From IMG/VR virus record IMGVR_UViG_3300010167_000019, positions 16,202 to 80,201 of that record: 64,000 bases of DNA, one strand, 5' to 3'. The stretch is from a virus (taxonomy: Duplodnaviria > Caudoviricetes). A program made the translations under genes and the position numbers. The notes under the pieces were generated by a model. That model saw nothing but the letters and a program-made list of their open reading frames with translations. It was not told the origin of the DNA and made no database searches. This document shows, piece after piece, positions 45,293 through 53,723 of this stretch (position 1 is the first letter of the stretch; each line of letters starts with the position of its first letter).

Positions 45293-47566
45293 ATGAAAGA
45301 ATCCACCGAAGTACTTTCCGAAGGTTTTGCCGACGTGATGAAAAAAGTCGGACAGAGCATTCAGACTGCCGTGAGTAAAGTTAAACGATATTTTTTCTTG
45401 AAGAAAAGTTTACGCAATTTACAAATGATGGACCTGCCTCAATACCGCAACATCAAAGGTGGTCGACTGACCAGCCTGCTCACATCAGAAAAAACTAAAG
45501 GTCTGACTGAATCCTCTTTAACATCTCAGGAATGGTTTACAGAAAAAGTAGCGCCGAAGGATGTCCAAAAGGCATGTAAAAAATTTTCTAAAAAACATAA
45601 TGTCTCAATTCACATTAGCAATCAGAGCACTGCCATCGGACAATATCTATTACAGGCTGAAACACCTGCAGCACTTATGGTCATCGATAAATCGAAGCTG
45701 GAGGATTTCTACCAAGGCAAAGCCGAAGCCTTTCCCACAGAAATGCTACGAGAAAATTATGAGAAAGTAATTATCGTTGATCCAACCTTTTTGGCCCAAT
45801 TCCCTCATCTGAATATTGAGGGACTATACTATATTCTAGAGCATGAATATGGCCACTACCTAACCTATGAAGAGATTACTATGGAAGACTGGGCACAGTG
45901 TATGGTTAAAACGGCCATGCTCAACGATATTGCCGGACTTTGCATTAAAACAGGCATGAATGATCAAGAAATAAATCGTATGGTAGCCGAGATAAATGCG
46001 TGTCGTTGGGAAATAAAACCGGAAAAAATGGCCAATGACAAGATGGGTTTAAAGATACCCGATTTATTCAAAGCTATATTTGGATATGATCTTCCAGTCG
46101 GTTGGGAGAAGTCTGCCTTCTGGAAATTATGTACTGTAGATCTACCATCTGATTATGTTGAATATTGCATGGGATTGGCAGGTTTAAATTTTGATACTAT
46201 GCCACCGGAACAAGCTGTGGCAATAGTAAATAAGGATTGGAAGATCTACCAACAGTTTCTACCTCCCAAATTTAAGAAAATGCTAGCCCCTATTATAGAA
46301 GAGAAAATAGCCTCGTATCGATCTGCCATCGGCGATACAAAAAAACCTGCTACAGAAAGTACAATCACTGAAGCTTATGATCCTACTGAGCAAAGTGGTC
46401 TAGGTCCGGAAAGAGCCTTAACTACCTTAGGCACCTTAGCTCAGTCTATCATCACCAATAAGGATTCCAAAAAATCTATCAACCAGTATACCTTAAATAC
46501 CATAGCTAATCTGATCAATAACAATGGGCTGCTCCATAAGTGGGCTCCTACTTTCAAGTCTATCCAACTCACCTTAACCTCTTCACCTAAACTCGACTTT
46601 GAATTTGTTCCTCCAGCTAAGACATCGGCTGCTGCTAATGCCTTCATCGAACGCTTTGTCAATGGACATGAACATATGAGCGATTATTTAAAACATTCAC
46701 CGGAAGTCCATCTTAAAATATCCAAGGCTTGGTTTAAGAAACTCAGTGAACGGAAACAGCTAGTTGCTACTTTAGAAGCAGCAGTGCGGTACTACGATAA
46801 GGGAATCGATAAAGCTTCTCAAGAAATTATGAAGGAAGTCATCAAGTCTGGCGAAGTGATGAAACGTTTGATCTCAGAGTCGGAATTGAAACAAACGATC
46901 TTCTATCTGATGAAGCTAGTCTTGATCTTTGATGAGATCGATCCTCAGGCTGTTAAATTTTATCCAGATGACGAAGTGATCAAGACTGTCAACACTTTCA
47001 TTCGTACTGTCTTGCATTCCGGTAAAGCTAACCAAGAGGAACGGATCACTTTGCTCAACGATATGAGAAAGGCTGTGGATGCAGTTTACCAAGTTTCCAC
47101 TTACAGTGAGCTGACCCAAAACTTCCGCTCTCTACCAGTCGCCATTCATCATTTCTCCGAAGGGTATTACGATGAGCAGATCAATCAAATTCGTAGCAAG
47201 ATCATTCGAGAAAATACAGAGGATGTTTTCTTAGAGAAGGTCTTTGGGAAAAAAGTTAAGAGATTGAAAAAGATACCTCCTGATCTGGTATCTTATATTC
47301 TGATAGAAGGAAGATCGATAAGAGATGACAATGATCGTCTCTTGATCATCTCTTATCTTTTTGCCAAGGTGGAAATCATCGAATGGTATATTGAGTTGAT
47401 CGATGTGCAGAGTCCGAACTACATCGTTCCGCATACCCGAGATCACTTGGTTCGAATCAAGAATCAACTGATGGAAGCTCACAAAGAAATCATGGCTATC
47501 AAGCTACGTAGACCTTCAGATCCGATCATACAAATTGGTGGTCTTCCCCCGGGCTATGAAGGATAA
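45293..47566 (+). CDS. putative head protein containing an HExxH zinc-metallopeptidase-like domain
   Basis: YILEHEYGH (45842-45856) and downstream EKMAND; VLSEG, GLTES, PATES and TITEA motifs. Confidence 0.6.
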   Translation: MKESTEVLSEGFADVMKKVGQSIQTAVSKVKRYFFLKKSLRNLQMMDLPQYRNIKGGRLTSLLTSEKTKGLTESSLTSQEWFTEKVAPKDVQKACKKFSKKHNVSIHISNQSTAIGQYLLQAETPAALMVIDKSKLEDFYQGKAEAFPTEMLRENYEKVIIVDPTFLAQFPHLNIEGLYYILEHEYGHYLTYEEITMEDWAQCMVKTAMLNDIAGLCIKTGMNDQEINRMVAEINACRWEIKPEKMANDKMGLKIPDLFKAIFGYDLPVGWEKSAFWKLCTVDLPSDYVEYCMGLAGLNFDTMPPEQAVAIVNKDWKIYQQFLPPKFKKMLAPIIEEKIASYRSAIGDTKKPATESTITEAYDPTEQSGLGPERALTTLGTLAQSIITNKDSKKSINQYTLNTIANLINNNGLLHKWAPTFKSIQLTLTSSPKLDFEFVPPAKTSAAANAFIERFVNGHEHMSDYLKHSPEVHLKISKAWFKKLSERKQLVATLEAAVRYYDKGIDKASQEIMKEVIKSGEVMKRLISESELKQTIFYLMKLVLIFDEIDPQAVKFYPDDEVIKTVNTFIRTVLHSGKANQEERITLLNDMRKAVDAVYQVSTYSELTQNFRSLPVAIHHFSEGYYDEQINQIRSKIIRENTEDVFLEKVFGKKVKRLKKIPPDLVSYILIEGRSIRDDNDRLLIISYLFAKVEIIEWYIELIDVQSPNYIVPHTRDHLVRIKNQLMEAHKEIMAIKLRRPSDPIIQIGGLPPGYEG

Positions 47567-47573
47567 AAAATAT

Positions 47574-47613
47574 AAAAATAAAGGGAGGGTTTTAAAACCC
47601 TCCCTTTATTTTT
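47574..47613. terminator. bidirectional terminator, perfect 40-bp palindrome
   Basis: aaaaataaagggagggtttt|aaaaccctccctttattttt. Confidence 0.85.
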
Positions 47614-47714
47614 TCTCTCAACCTATCGATCGGATAGGCACTCATTTAATCAACCGAGAATATTCTCGTATTTTAACCCTACCTGAGAATATCCTCACTG
47701 TTCTTTCATTATTC

Positions 47715-47843
47715 TCAATCTTCCGTAATATTCACACCGCATAATTCAGTTATACCTATTAGGACAGCGACACTAACCCCAAGAGCTATGCCGACACAGG
47801 CCCCAACCTTACATCCTTCCCAAGCTTCTTCTAACAGGTTCAT
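47715..47843 (-). CDS. 42-aa membrane peptide, paralog of 47878-48093
   Basis: AGGAGG RBS; MNLLEEAWEGCKVGACVGIALGVSVAVLIGITELCGVNITED; not in the ORF track. Confidence 0.65.
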   Translation of the reverse strand: MNLLEEAWEGCKVGACVGIALGVSVAVLIGITELCGVNITED

Positions 47844-47877
47844 CCAGATTCCTCCTCTCCTTATAAACTGTATTCAA

Positions 47878-48093
47878 TTATTCCTCAACTACGAGGCCAA
47901 TGATCTTGGAAGCAACTACTACTGCCACCCCCAAGCCAACGCCAACTGCAACGCCAAACTTGGTGTATTCCCAAGCTGTTTCTACAAAGCTTGGTGGTTC
48001 CTTTTTGACGACTTCCGCTGGACAACATCGATTGATATCATTGAGTAGTTCTTGAAATGCCTTTGTCTCTGTAAATGTCTTTGTCTCTGTCAT
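47878..48093 (-). CDS. small membrane protein (GxxxG helix)
   Basis: AWEYTKFGVAVGVGLGVAVVV; AGGAGG RBS. Confidence 0.7.
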   Translation of the reverse strand: MTETKTFTETKAFQELLNDINRCCPAEVVKKEPPSFVETAWEYTKFGVAVGVGLGVAVVVASKIIGLVVEE

Positions 48094-48095
48094 TG

Positions 48096-48335
48096 TTACC
48101 CCTCCTTTCTAATAATTCCTAATTCGTACAACTTGGAACACTTGGTGTTTACGTCTTTTAAGAGCTGCTGTTCTTGCTCGTACATACAACGCATCCTAGC
48201 GTTATGTTCGCGCAACAGTTGCTCACCTGCTAGTCGACGTTTCTCAACTTCCTGTACCTTATTATTAAATTTTTTAGTGAGTAGCGTAACGATTGCTATG
48301 AAGATACTCACACCCCTTTCAACTGCGATAACCAT
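48096..48335 (-). CDS. small membrane-anchored coiled-coil protein
   Basis: Hydrophobic N-terminus followed by a charged helix. Confidence 0.6.
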   Translation of the reverse strand: MVIAVERGVSIFIAIVTLLTKKFNNKVQEVEKRRLAGEQLLREHNARMRCMYEQEQQLLKDVNTKCSKLYELGIIRKEG

Positions 48336-48528
48336 TTTGCTTACAATTGTTTGGGAACATAGAAAATGATTCCTTGCTTTCCTCCAAGGCCATTAACTTT
48401 TCAAAGAAGTGATTGTCCACGTGATCCACCCTTACCTCCCGAGTTATCTCTTCGATCAAATCGAGATTGTTGGTATAGTCATCGTCTATCAACCAATCAC
48501 GACTGCAATACGATTTGTTAGGCATCAT
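48319..48528 (-). CDS. hypothetical protein
   Basis: Coupled to the upstream gene by ATGA. Confidence 0.6.
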   Translation of the reverse strand: MMPNKSYCSRDWLIDDDYTNNLDLIEEITREVRVDHVDNHFFEKLMALEESKESFSMFPNNCKQNGYRS

Positions 48529-48872
48529 TCCAATCCCTCCATTTCTGTAACATGAAATCGACGATGTGTAACATGGATTTTCTGAGCATCCTCTTCAGTG
48601 ATGATAACACTCCAGATGAGCTTATCCATATCACTTGGCGCCAGATAGTTGACTAGCTCCCGGAAGTTCGTAAACACCATGCTTTGTTCCGCAGCATGAC
48701 TAAACCTTCTTTGAATTTCCTCCTTGTGAAGTGCCATACCCTGTTTCACCAATTCCCTTTTCTCGAGAGACATTTTTCCTATTGCCCTATTACCTGCTGC
48801 TGTGTACTTACCTACATCCACGCTCATGCATCTCTCGATAGCCTCTTTTATCACCTTTAAGCTTGTCATCAT
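48525..48872 (-). CDS. hypothetical protein
   Basis: AGGAGG RBS. Confidence 0.7.
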   Translation of the reverse strand: MMTSLKVIKEAIERCMSVDVGKYTAAGNRAIGKMSLEKRELVKQGMALHKEEIQRRFSHAAEQSMVFTNFRELVNYLAPSDMDKLIWSVIITEEDAQKIHVTHRRFHVTEMEGLE

Positions 48873-49027
48873 AACTCCTCCTTTTTATGTAAGCTATATT
48901 CAATTCTTCCTTTTATCTACAATAAGAGTATACAAGCATATGTGCTCGAAATACGATTTTTCTCAATCACTAATAATCGCATCACTGTGGACGTCTATAT
49001 AAAAACTATTCAGAGGAGGAAATTAGA

Positions 49028-49207
49028 ATGCGTAAGGTAGTTATTCGGAACAAAGATACAAAAGAGGTCACCGATAGGTATGACAATGTAATTGAGATGA
49101 CAGAGAGTTCTATCAAATACCAGGCTGGTAAGGGTACTATGTTTATCAATCTTCCCCCTGAATCAGAGGCAGTAGATGAATCCGAAGTTGATCCAAACTT
49201 AAATTAA
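49028..49207 (+). CDS. 59-aa hypothetical protein
   Basis: GAGGAGG RBS; MRKVVIRNKDTKEV...DPNLN; just below the track cutoff and followed by a terminator. Confidence 0.7.
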   Translation: MRKVVIRNKDTKEVTDRYDNVIEMTESSIKYQAGKGTMFINLPPESEAVDESEVDPNLN

Positions 49208-49244
49208 AAAATAGAGTCTGGGTATTTACCCAGACTCTATTTTT
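49207..49244. terminator. bidirectional terminator, 18-bp arms with 2-nt spacer
   Basis: aaaaatagagtctgggta-tt-tacccagactctattttt. Confidence 0.85.
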
Positions 49245-50217
49245 ATTCATATTTTAAATCCTTCATCAACACTTCTAAAATAGAAGACTGTTGATCATCA
49301 CTGATGGGAGAACCAGAGGCTTTCAGATGTCCACCACCGCCAACTGTAGCAGCTAAGGTTCCAAGGTCAATTCCCTCTTTAATCGTCCGATAAGAAATTG
49401 TCTTCCTAGCTAAGTTGATATTGACCATGATATCGAATTGCGGATGTCTTCGAAGGAATTGATAAGAGCCATCGGAGAATGGAAAACCAACTCCGGTAAA
49501 GATAACAGCTGCTTCATAACCAAAGATCTTTTGCGAGATAACTTTATTCGGAGTCATCAGATCGATGTTCTCCTGTTGACTTTCTAAACGAGCATCGATG
49601 AAGTATTGGTGTTCAGGGAGAATTAAAGGTTGATTGGAACTTCCTTCTGTTAAGAAACGATCTAAGTATAGACGGACAAATCTTTCATACCCTAGGATGA
49701 AGAATAAGTTGACTAAGTACTTGGAGATCAAATTATTTGTCTGCACCCATTCCCAAACATCCCAAGCTCTAACTGTATCGACAAACTTAACGATGATCTC
49801 TGAAGATAGAGCATCTCTACCGACGAAGCCACATTCACTGACTAAGTGTTGGTAGAGTAAAGAAGTTCCGGATTCCTTACCACTTAGATCAACTTTACCT
49901 CTGTTCCTTAATAATTCCATACACCATTCGGAAGTTAAGTGGTGATCATACAAATGAATGTTTAAATTACGAGCAACCATTTCTTCCAAGACTAGCCAAG
50001 AGGGACTGATGTCAGCGAAATAAAACTTTATCTCACTGCCATATTTAATTTCCGGATCATCGATCACTTCCATCACTACATCGTCGATTTCATTATTCCC
50101 TAAAGAGAAAACTCTATACTGAGTTCCTAAGGCTAGGCAGTACAGCTGGAAGATAATATCACACCCTGCACCATCTAAATCTACGTGGGTAAATAAAATA
50201 TGCAAATTCATAATCAT
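49243..50217 (-). CDS. DHH/DHHA1 family phosphoesterase (NrnA-like)
   Basis: FTHVDLDGAG, FADIS, YDHH, ESGTSL, ISYRT and GGGGHLKASG. Confidence 0.9.
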   Translation of the reverse strand: MIMNLHILFTHVDLDGAGCDIIFQLYCLALGTQYRVFSLGNNEIDDVVMEVIDDPEIKYGSEIKFYFADISPSWLVLEEMVARNLNIHLYDHHLTSEWCMELLRNRGKVDLSGKESGTSLLYQHLVSECGFVGRDALSSEIIVKFVDTVRAWDVWEWVQTNNLISKYLVNLFFILGYERFVRLYLDRFLTEGSSNQPLILPEHQYFIDARLESQQENIDLMTPNKVISQKIFGYEAAVIFTGVGFPFSDGSYQFLRRHPQFDIMVNINLARKTISYRTIKEGIDLGTLAATVGGGGHLKASGSPISDDQQSSILEVLMKDLKYE

Positions 50218-50240
50218 TCCTCCATCAGAGTTATACTTAG

Positions 50241-50251
50241 AGAATATATAA
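50241..50251 (-). promoter_or_regulatory. early-type promoter for the DHH gene
   Basis: TTATATATTCT. Confidence 0.55.
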
Positions 50252-50318
50252 CTACAGTTCGAACCTGTAGATATTAAAAATATCCCATCATCATACTTGG
50301 GGTTAGGAGGTGATGCCC

Positions 50319-51158
50319 ATGTCCGACATAAAGATGATTCGAGATATCCATACCGGAGAGCCTAAGTACTATGACTTTGCTCCACAAAATAAATCATTTC
50401 TCTTAACTGCTCTGGAATTAAAAGAGTTGGGAATTAAAAATTACTATTTCTGCCTAGAGGTTAAAAATCCCAAATCGGGAGTCACAGAAATTAATCCCTG
50501 GAATCCCAATATCACAGCTCGAGAGATTGAAGTGCTGATGCTGGAACTTCGAGCCAATCTTTGGTTCTGGAGTCGTACGGTCACATTGCTCAGAACAACC
50601 AAAGGGATAGTACCCTTAGAGTTAAACCGAGGCTTAGCAGCTAGCTACTGGTGTTTTTTAAAACACTTGGATTCTTTACTCTGTCAGCCTCGTCAGACTT
50701 ACAAAACTACTGGCTTGATCGGTGGACCTATCCAGTGGTCTTTTCAATTAGCTTCCAATAACGGCCGGATAAAATTCTTTGGCAAGGATAATACTAATAC
50801 AAAAAATAATATCGGCCACCTAGCTGATGATATTGATCTCTTGCCGGAATGGCTACAGTTTAAAAAATATCAGGATCCTCATATGGTGGGCAAAGTTAAA
50901 AAAGCTGGAAGGGCAACTGAAACTATCACCAATGGTTTATTCGGCAATAAGGCTACTATCACTTCTAAAGCCAATAGTGATAGTACAGCTTTACAAATTG
51001 CTCGGGGTGAATCAGCAGAGACCATGTACTTCGACGAAGTAGAATTCACCCTGTACTTTGGCAAGATTCTAGCCAACTCTGCTCCGGCCTTTAAGACAAC
51101 ATCCGATAATGCGAAGTCCGTTGGAAATCCCACATGTAGGCTTTTGAGTAGCACTCCT
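50319..51158 (+). CDS. terL: terminase large subunit, exon 1 (spliced product about 724 aa)
   Basis: NKSFL.TA..LK..GIKN, PRQTYKT (Walker A), RGES...YFDEVEF (Walker B) and SSTP. Confidence 0.85.
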
Positions 51159-51565
51159 ACGGCAGATGTGATAAAAGTGGGAGGCTATACAGCAATGTAT
51201 GGTACCAATCCATTGTTAATTGCCGGAACCCACTTAGAGCCCAAGTAACCGCAGCTAGCAGTGATGTATAGTGTAGCAGATGGTATAATGACCATCGGAT
51301 GGTAAAATCACTTGGGATTGGGGAATCAAAGGCAGCCAAGCATCTCTTAGAGATGAAGGTTCAACGACTATGCTGAAACAGCCTGCAATGGCAATAGCAG
51401 TAGGGCCACAAGCTAATGGTGGTGGGTGAAACTCCCTTAAATCGAAACGCATGCCCCACTTATTACATGTATAATGTGGGTGAAGATATAGTCTGGACAT
51501 CCAAGGAAAACTTGGAGCAGCTTGAATAAAGCGGGATCAGTGTTGCGAACTGATCTGAACATTCG
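51159..51565 (+). mobile_element. group I intron in terL (407 nt, no ORF)
   Basis: Exon ends ACUCCU, terminal G at 51565, restoring STP-GDLDT. Elements AAUUGCCGGAAC, GGCAGCCAAG, UUCAACGACUA and AAGAUAUAGUC. Confidence 0.9.
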
Positions 51566-52900
51566 GGAGACCTAGATACAGTCGAGGGTCGGGATGCAAT
51601 GCCTATTATTAGGTCTATGATCCCATGGTCCGAGAGATTGTACGATATGAGCGATAAACAGATTGAAGAATATATCCAAGCCTGTGCAGGTGAGTATCAT
51701 GCCAATGAAGCTAATCGCAAAGACAATCGAGAAGTAATAAAGATCTTCTACATGGAATATCATTATTGGCAATTGAGAAAATCACACCAGTGGGTAGAAG
51801 AGCAATACGAATTGGGTGGCGATCGCTTAACAATTCAACGGGAAATCTTATTGCAGCGTATGAGAGGTTCTTCTGAATCTCCCATCGACCAAGGTGACTT
51901 AGAATACTTGATTCAGCATACTCAACAGCCAATCAACGATATCCTCTTAAACAATAAATGGAAGATGGAAATTTATGCTCACGGCGTAACTACTAGTAAG
52001 AATATGATTCAACCGGGAGTCTTCAATTACTTCAATCCGAAAATCCCGTATCTGGTTGGAGTAGATCCAGCGGGTGGTGGAGGTGGCGACAATATCTCCA
52101 TAACAGTGATCAATCCTTACAATTTGCAGATTGCCGCTGAATTTAAATCACCCTACATTTCTGGCACCGAGTTGTTAAGAGCTCTGATCGATCTGGTGAA
52201 TAATTATATTCCTAAGGCAGTGGTGATCATTGAGAAAAACTCCATGGGCATTTATTTAATTCATAACGCTGTGGAATCTTCCATCAGAGATAATCTCTAC
52301 TGGGGTAAAAAGGCTAAGGAATTGGAAACCATGACGATCGAAGGTCCAGATGCTGAACTGAAGAAACTTTCTCAACAGTATAGAAAGTACGGCGTTTACA
52401 CTAGTCCCGCAGTACGCCATGCTATGTTTGAATTGCTCTTCAAGCATATCCATGAGTGCAAACAAATTCTCAACTCAAAGAACTTGGTCGATGATCTCTG
52501 TAGGCTGATTCGTAACACTTCGGGTAAGATCGTAGCTGGTAAAGGGGAACATGATGACTCAGTCATGAGTTACAACATTGCTATTTATATCTACTACACT
52601 GGCGACAATTTAGAATTCTTTGGCATCGATAAGGGAGCCCATCCTATCTTAGGTTTGCTAGAACCTAATCTAGATGAAATTTTAGCCAGTAAGGATCCAC
52701 TAACTGGTTTCTTCACTACAGAGGATGTTACCTATGAAACTATCATGCGTGATTCCATCATCGAAACAGAGCAGTACAGTAAATACATCACAGAAGTCAA
52801 TCCTCGGGTAGAAGATCCTTACTATAAACGTGGGCAGGAGGATAGCAGTGAGAATGTCGATATTCCTATCTTCTTTTTCAATCAAATCAACAATTGGTGA
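51566..52900 (+). CDS. terL: terminase large subunit, exon 2
   Basis: GDLDTVEGR..., QREILLQR, RNase H-like VGVDPAGG, IIEKNSMG and HDDSVMS. Confidence 0.85.
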   Translation, partial: GDLDTVEGRDAMPIIRSMIPWSERLYDMSDKQIEEYIQACAGEYHANEANRKDNREVIKIFYMEYHYWQLRKSHQWVEEQYELGGDRLTIQREILLQRMRGSSESPIDQGDLEYLIQHTQQPINDILLNNKWKMEIYAHGVTTSKNMIQPGVFNYFNPKIPYLVGVDPAGGGGGDNISITVINPYNLQIAAEFKSPYISGTELLRALIDLVNNYIPKAVVIIEKNSMGIYLIHNAVESSIRDNLYWGKKAKELETMTIEGPDAELKKLSQQYRKYGVYTSPAVRHAMFELLFKHIHECKQILNSKNLVDDLCRLIRNTSGKIVAGKGEHDDSVMSYNIAIYIYYTGDNLEFFGIDKGAHPILGLLEPNLDEILASKDPLTGFFTTEDVTYETIMRDSIIETEQYSKYITEVNPRVEDPYYKRGQEDSSENVDIPIFFFNQINNW

Positions 52901-52917
52901 AAGGAGGTAATTTAAGC

Positions 52918-53637
52918 ATGTCCTTATTATATGCCAAGGATAATAAGTTATATGCCAATACCTATTTGGAGATTTATGTACCCTGGGATTACTTTGACAA
53001 TCGTCCTGTCTTTGCGGTAGATCAGGGTGTGAGCATCGAGACTTTTGGTTTACTTTTTATCCGAGGGACCAGTGGTGGAAAGGAAGGGAAGATTCAACTG
53101 TTCAGTGTCCCCTCGATGATCACCTTAAACATTTATGATTCTGCTCCAGAGGATATTGTACTCCAAGGTCGACAAGTCAAAGTTATTACCTGTCGCTACA
53201 TGAAAGATGCTTGTGTCATGAATCAACACATCTTACAAGGTAGGGAACAGGCAGAATGGTTTCTTCATCTGGTGTTAGCAGGTAAGCTGCCTAGAGTGTT
53301 GACCTATCCTAAGTTGATCGATGTGTGGTGGCACAATTTGGAAATTGCCAATGTCAACTTTAAAGTTCCTTCTATTATCTATGAGCTTATCTTAGCTACC
53401 ATCTATCGTCATCCCAACAATGCCAAACAACGCTTTGGTCAGTGGTATGGACGCCAAGAAAAACCTGATGGCCATGGGTATAAGACCGGCAAAGTCGAAG
53501 ATATCGTGGCTGACTTATCTACTTTCTCCGGTATCATTTTCCAAGATATGAATAAGATGATTACTAGTGGAATTAACAACACTCTAGAGGGAATAGAAGA
53601 GCCAATCTCTCCGCTAGAAAGGATTATCTCGTACTGA
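52918..53637 (+). CDS. hypothetical protein between terL and the tail sheath gene
   Basis: AAGGAGG RBS before MSLLYAKD. Confidence 0.7.
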   Translation: MSLLYAKDNKLYANTYLEIYVPWDYFDNRPVFAVDQGVSIETFGLLFIRGTSGGKEGKIQLFSVPSMITLNIYDSAPEDIVLQGRQVKVITCRYMKDACVMNQHILQGREQAEWFLHLVLAGKLPRVLTYPKLIDVWWHNLEIANVNFKVPSIIYELILATIYRHPNNAKQRFGQWYGRQEKPDGHGYKTGKVEDIVADLSTFSGIIFQDMNKMITSGINNTLEGIEEPISPLERIISY

Positions 53638-53645
53638 GCCCATCC

Positions 53646-53657
53646 AACAATCCAATA
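53646..53657 (+). promoter_or_regulatory. AR9-like late promoter for sheath/tube
   Basis: AACA atccaa TA. Confidence 0.5.
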
Positions 53658-53723
53658 ACTGGTAACTGCTCGAGGATCTTTGGTATGAGATAATTTTAAT
53701 CTTAAGAAAAGGAGAGGATTTCA

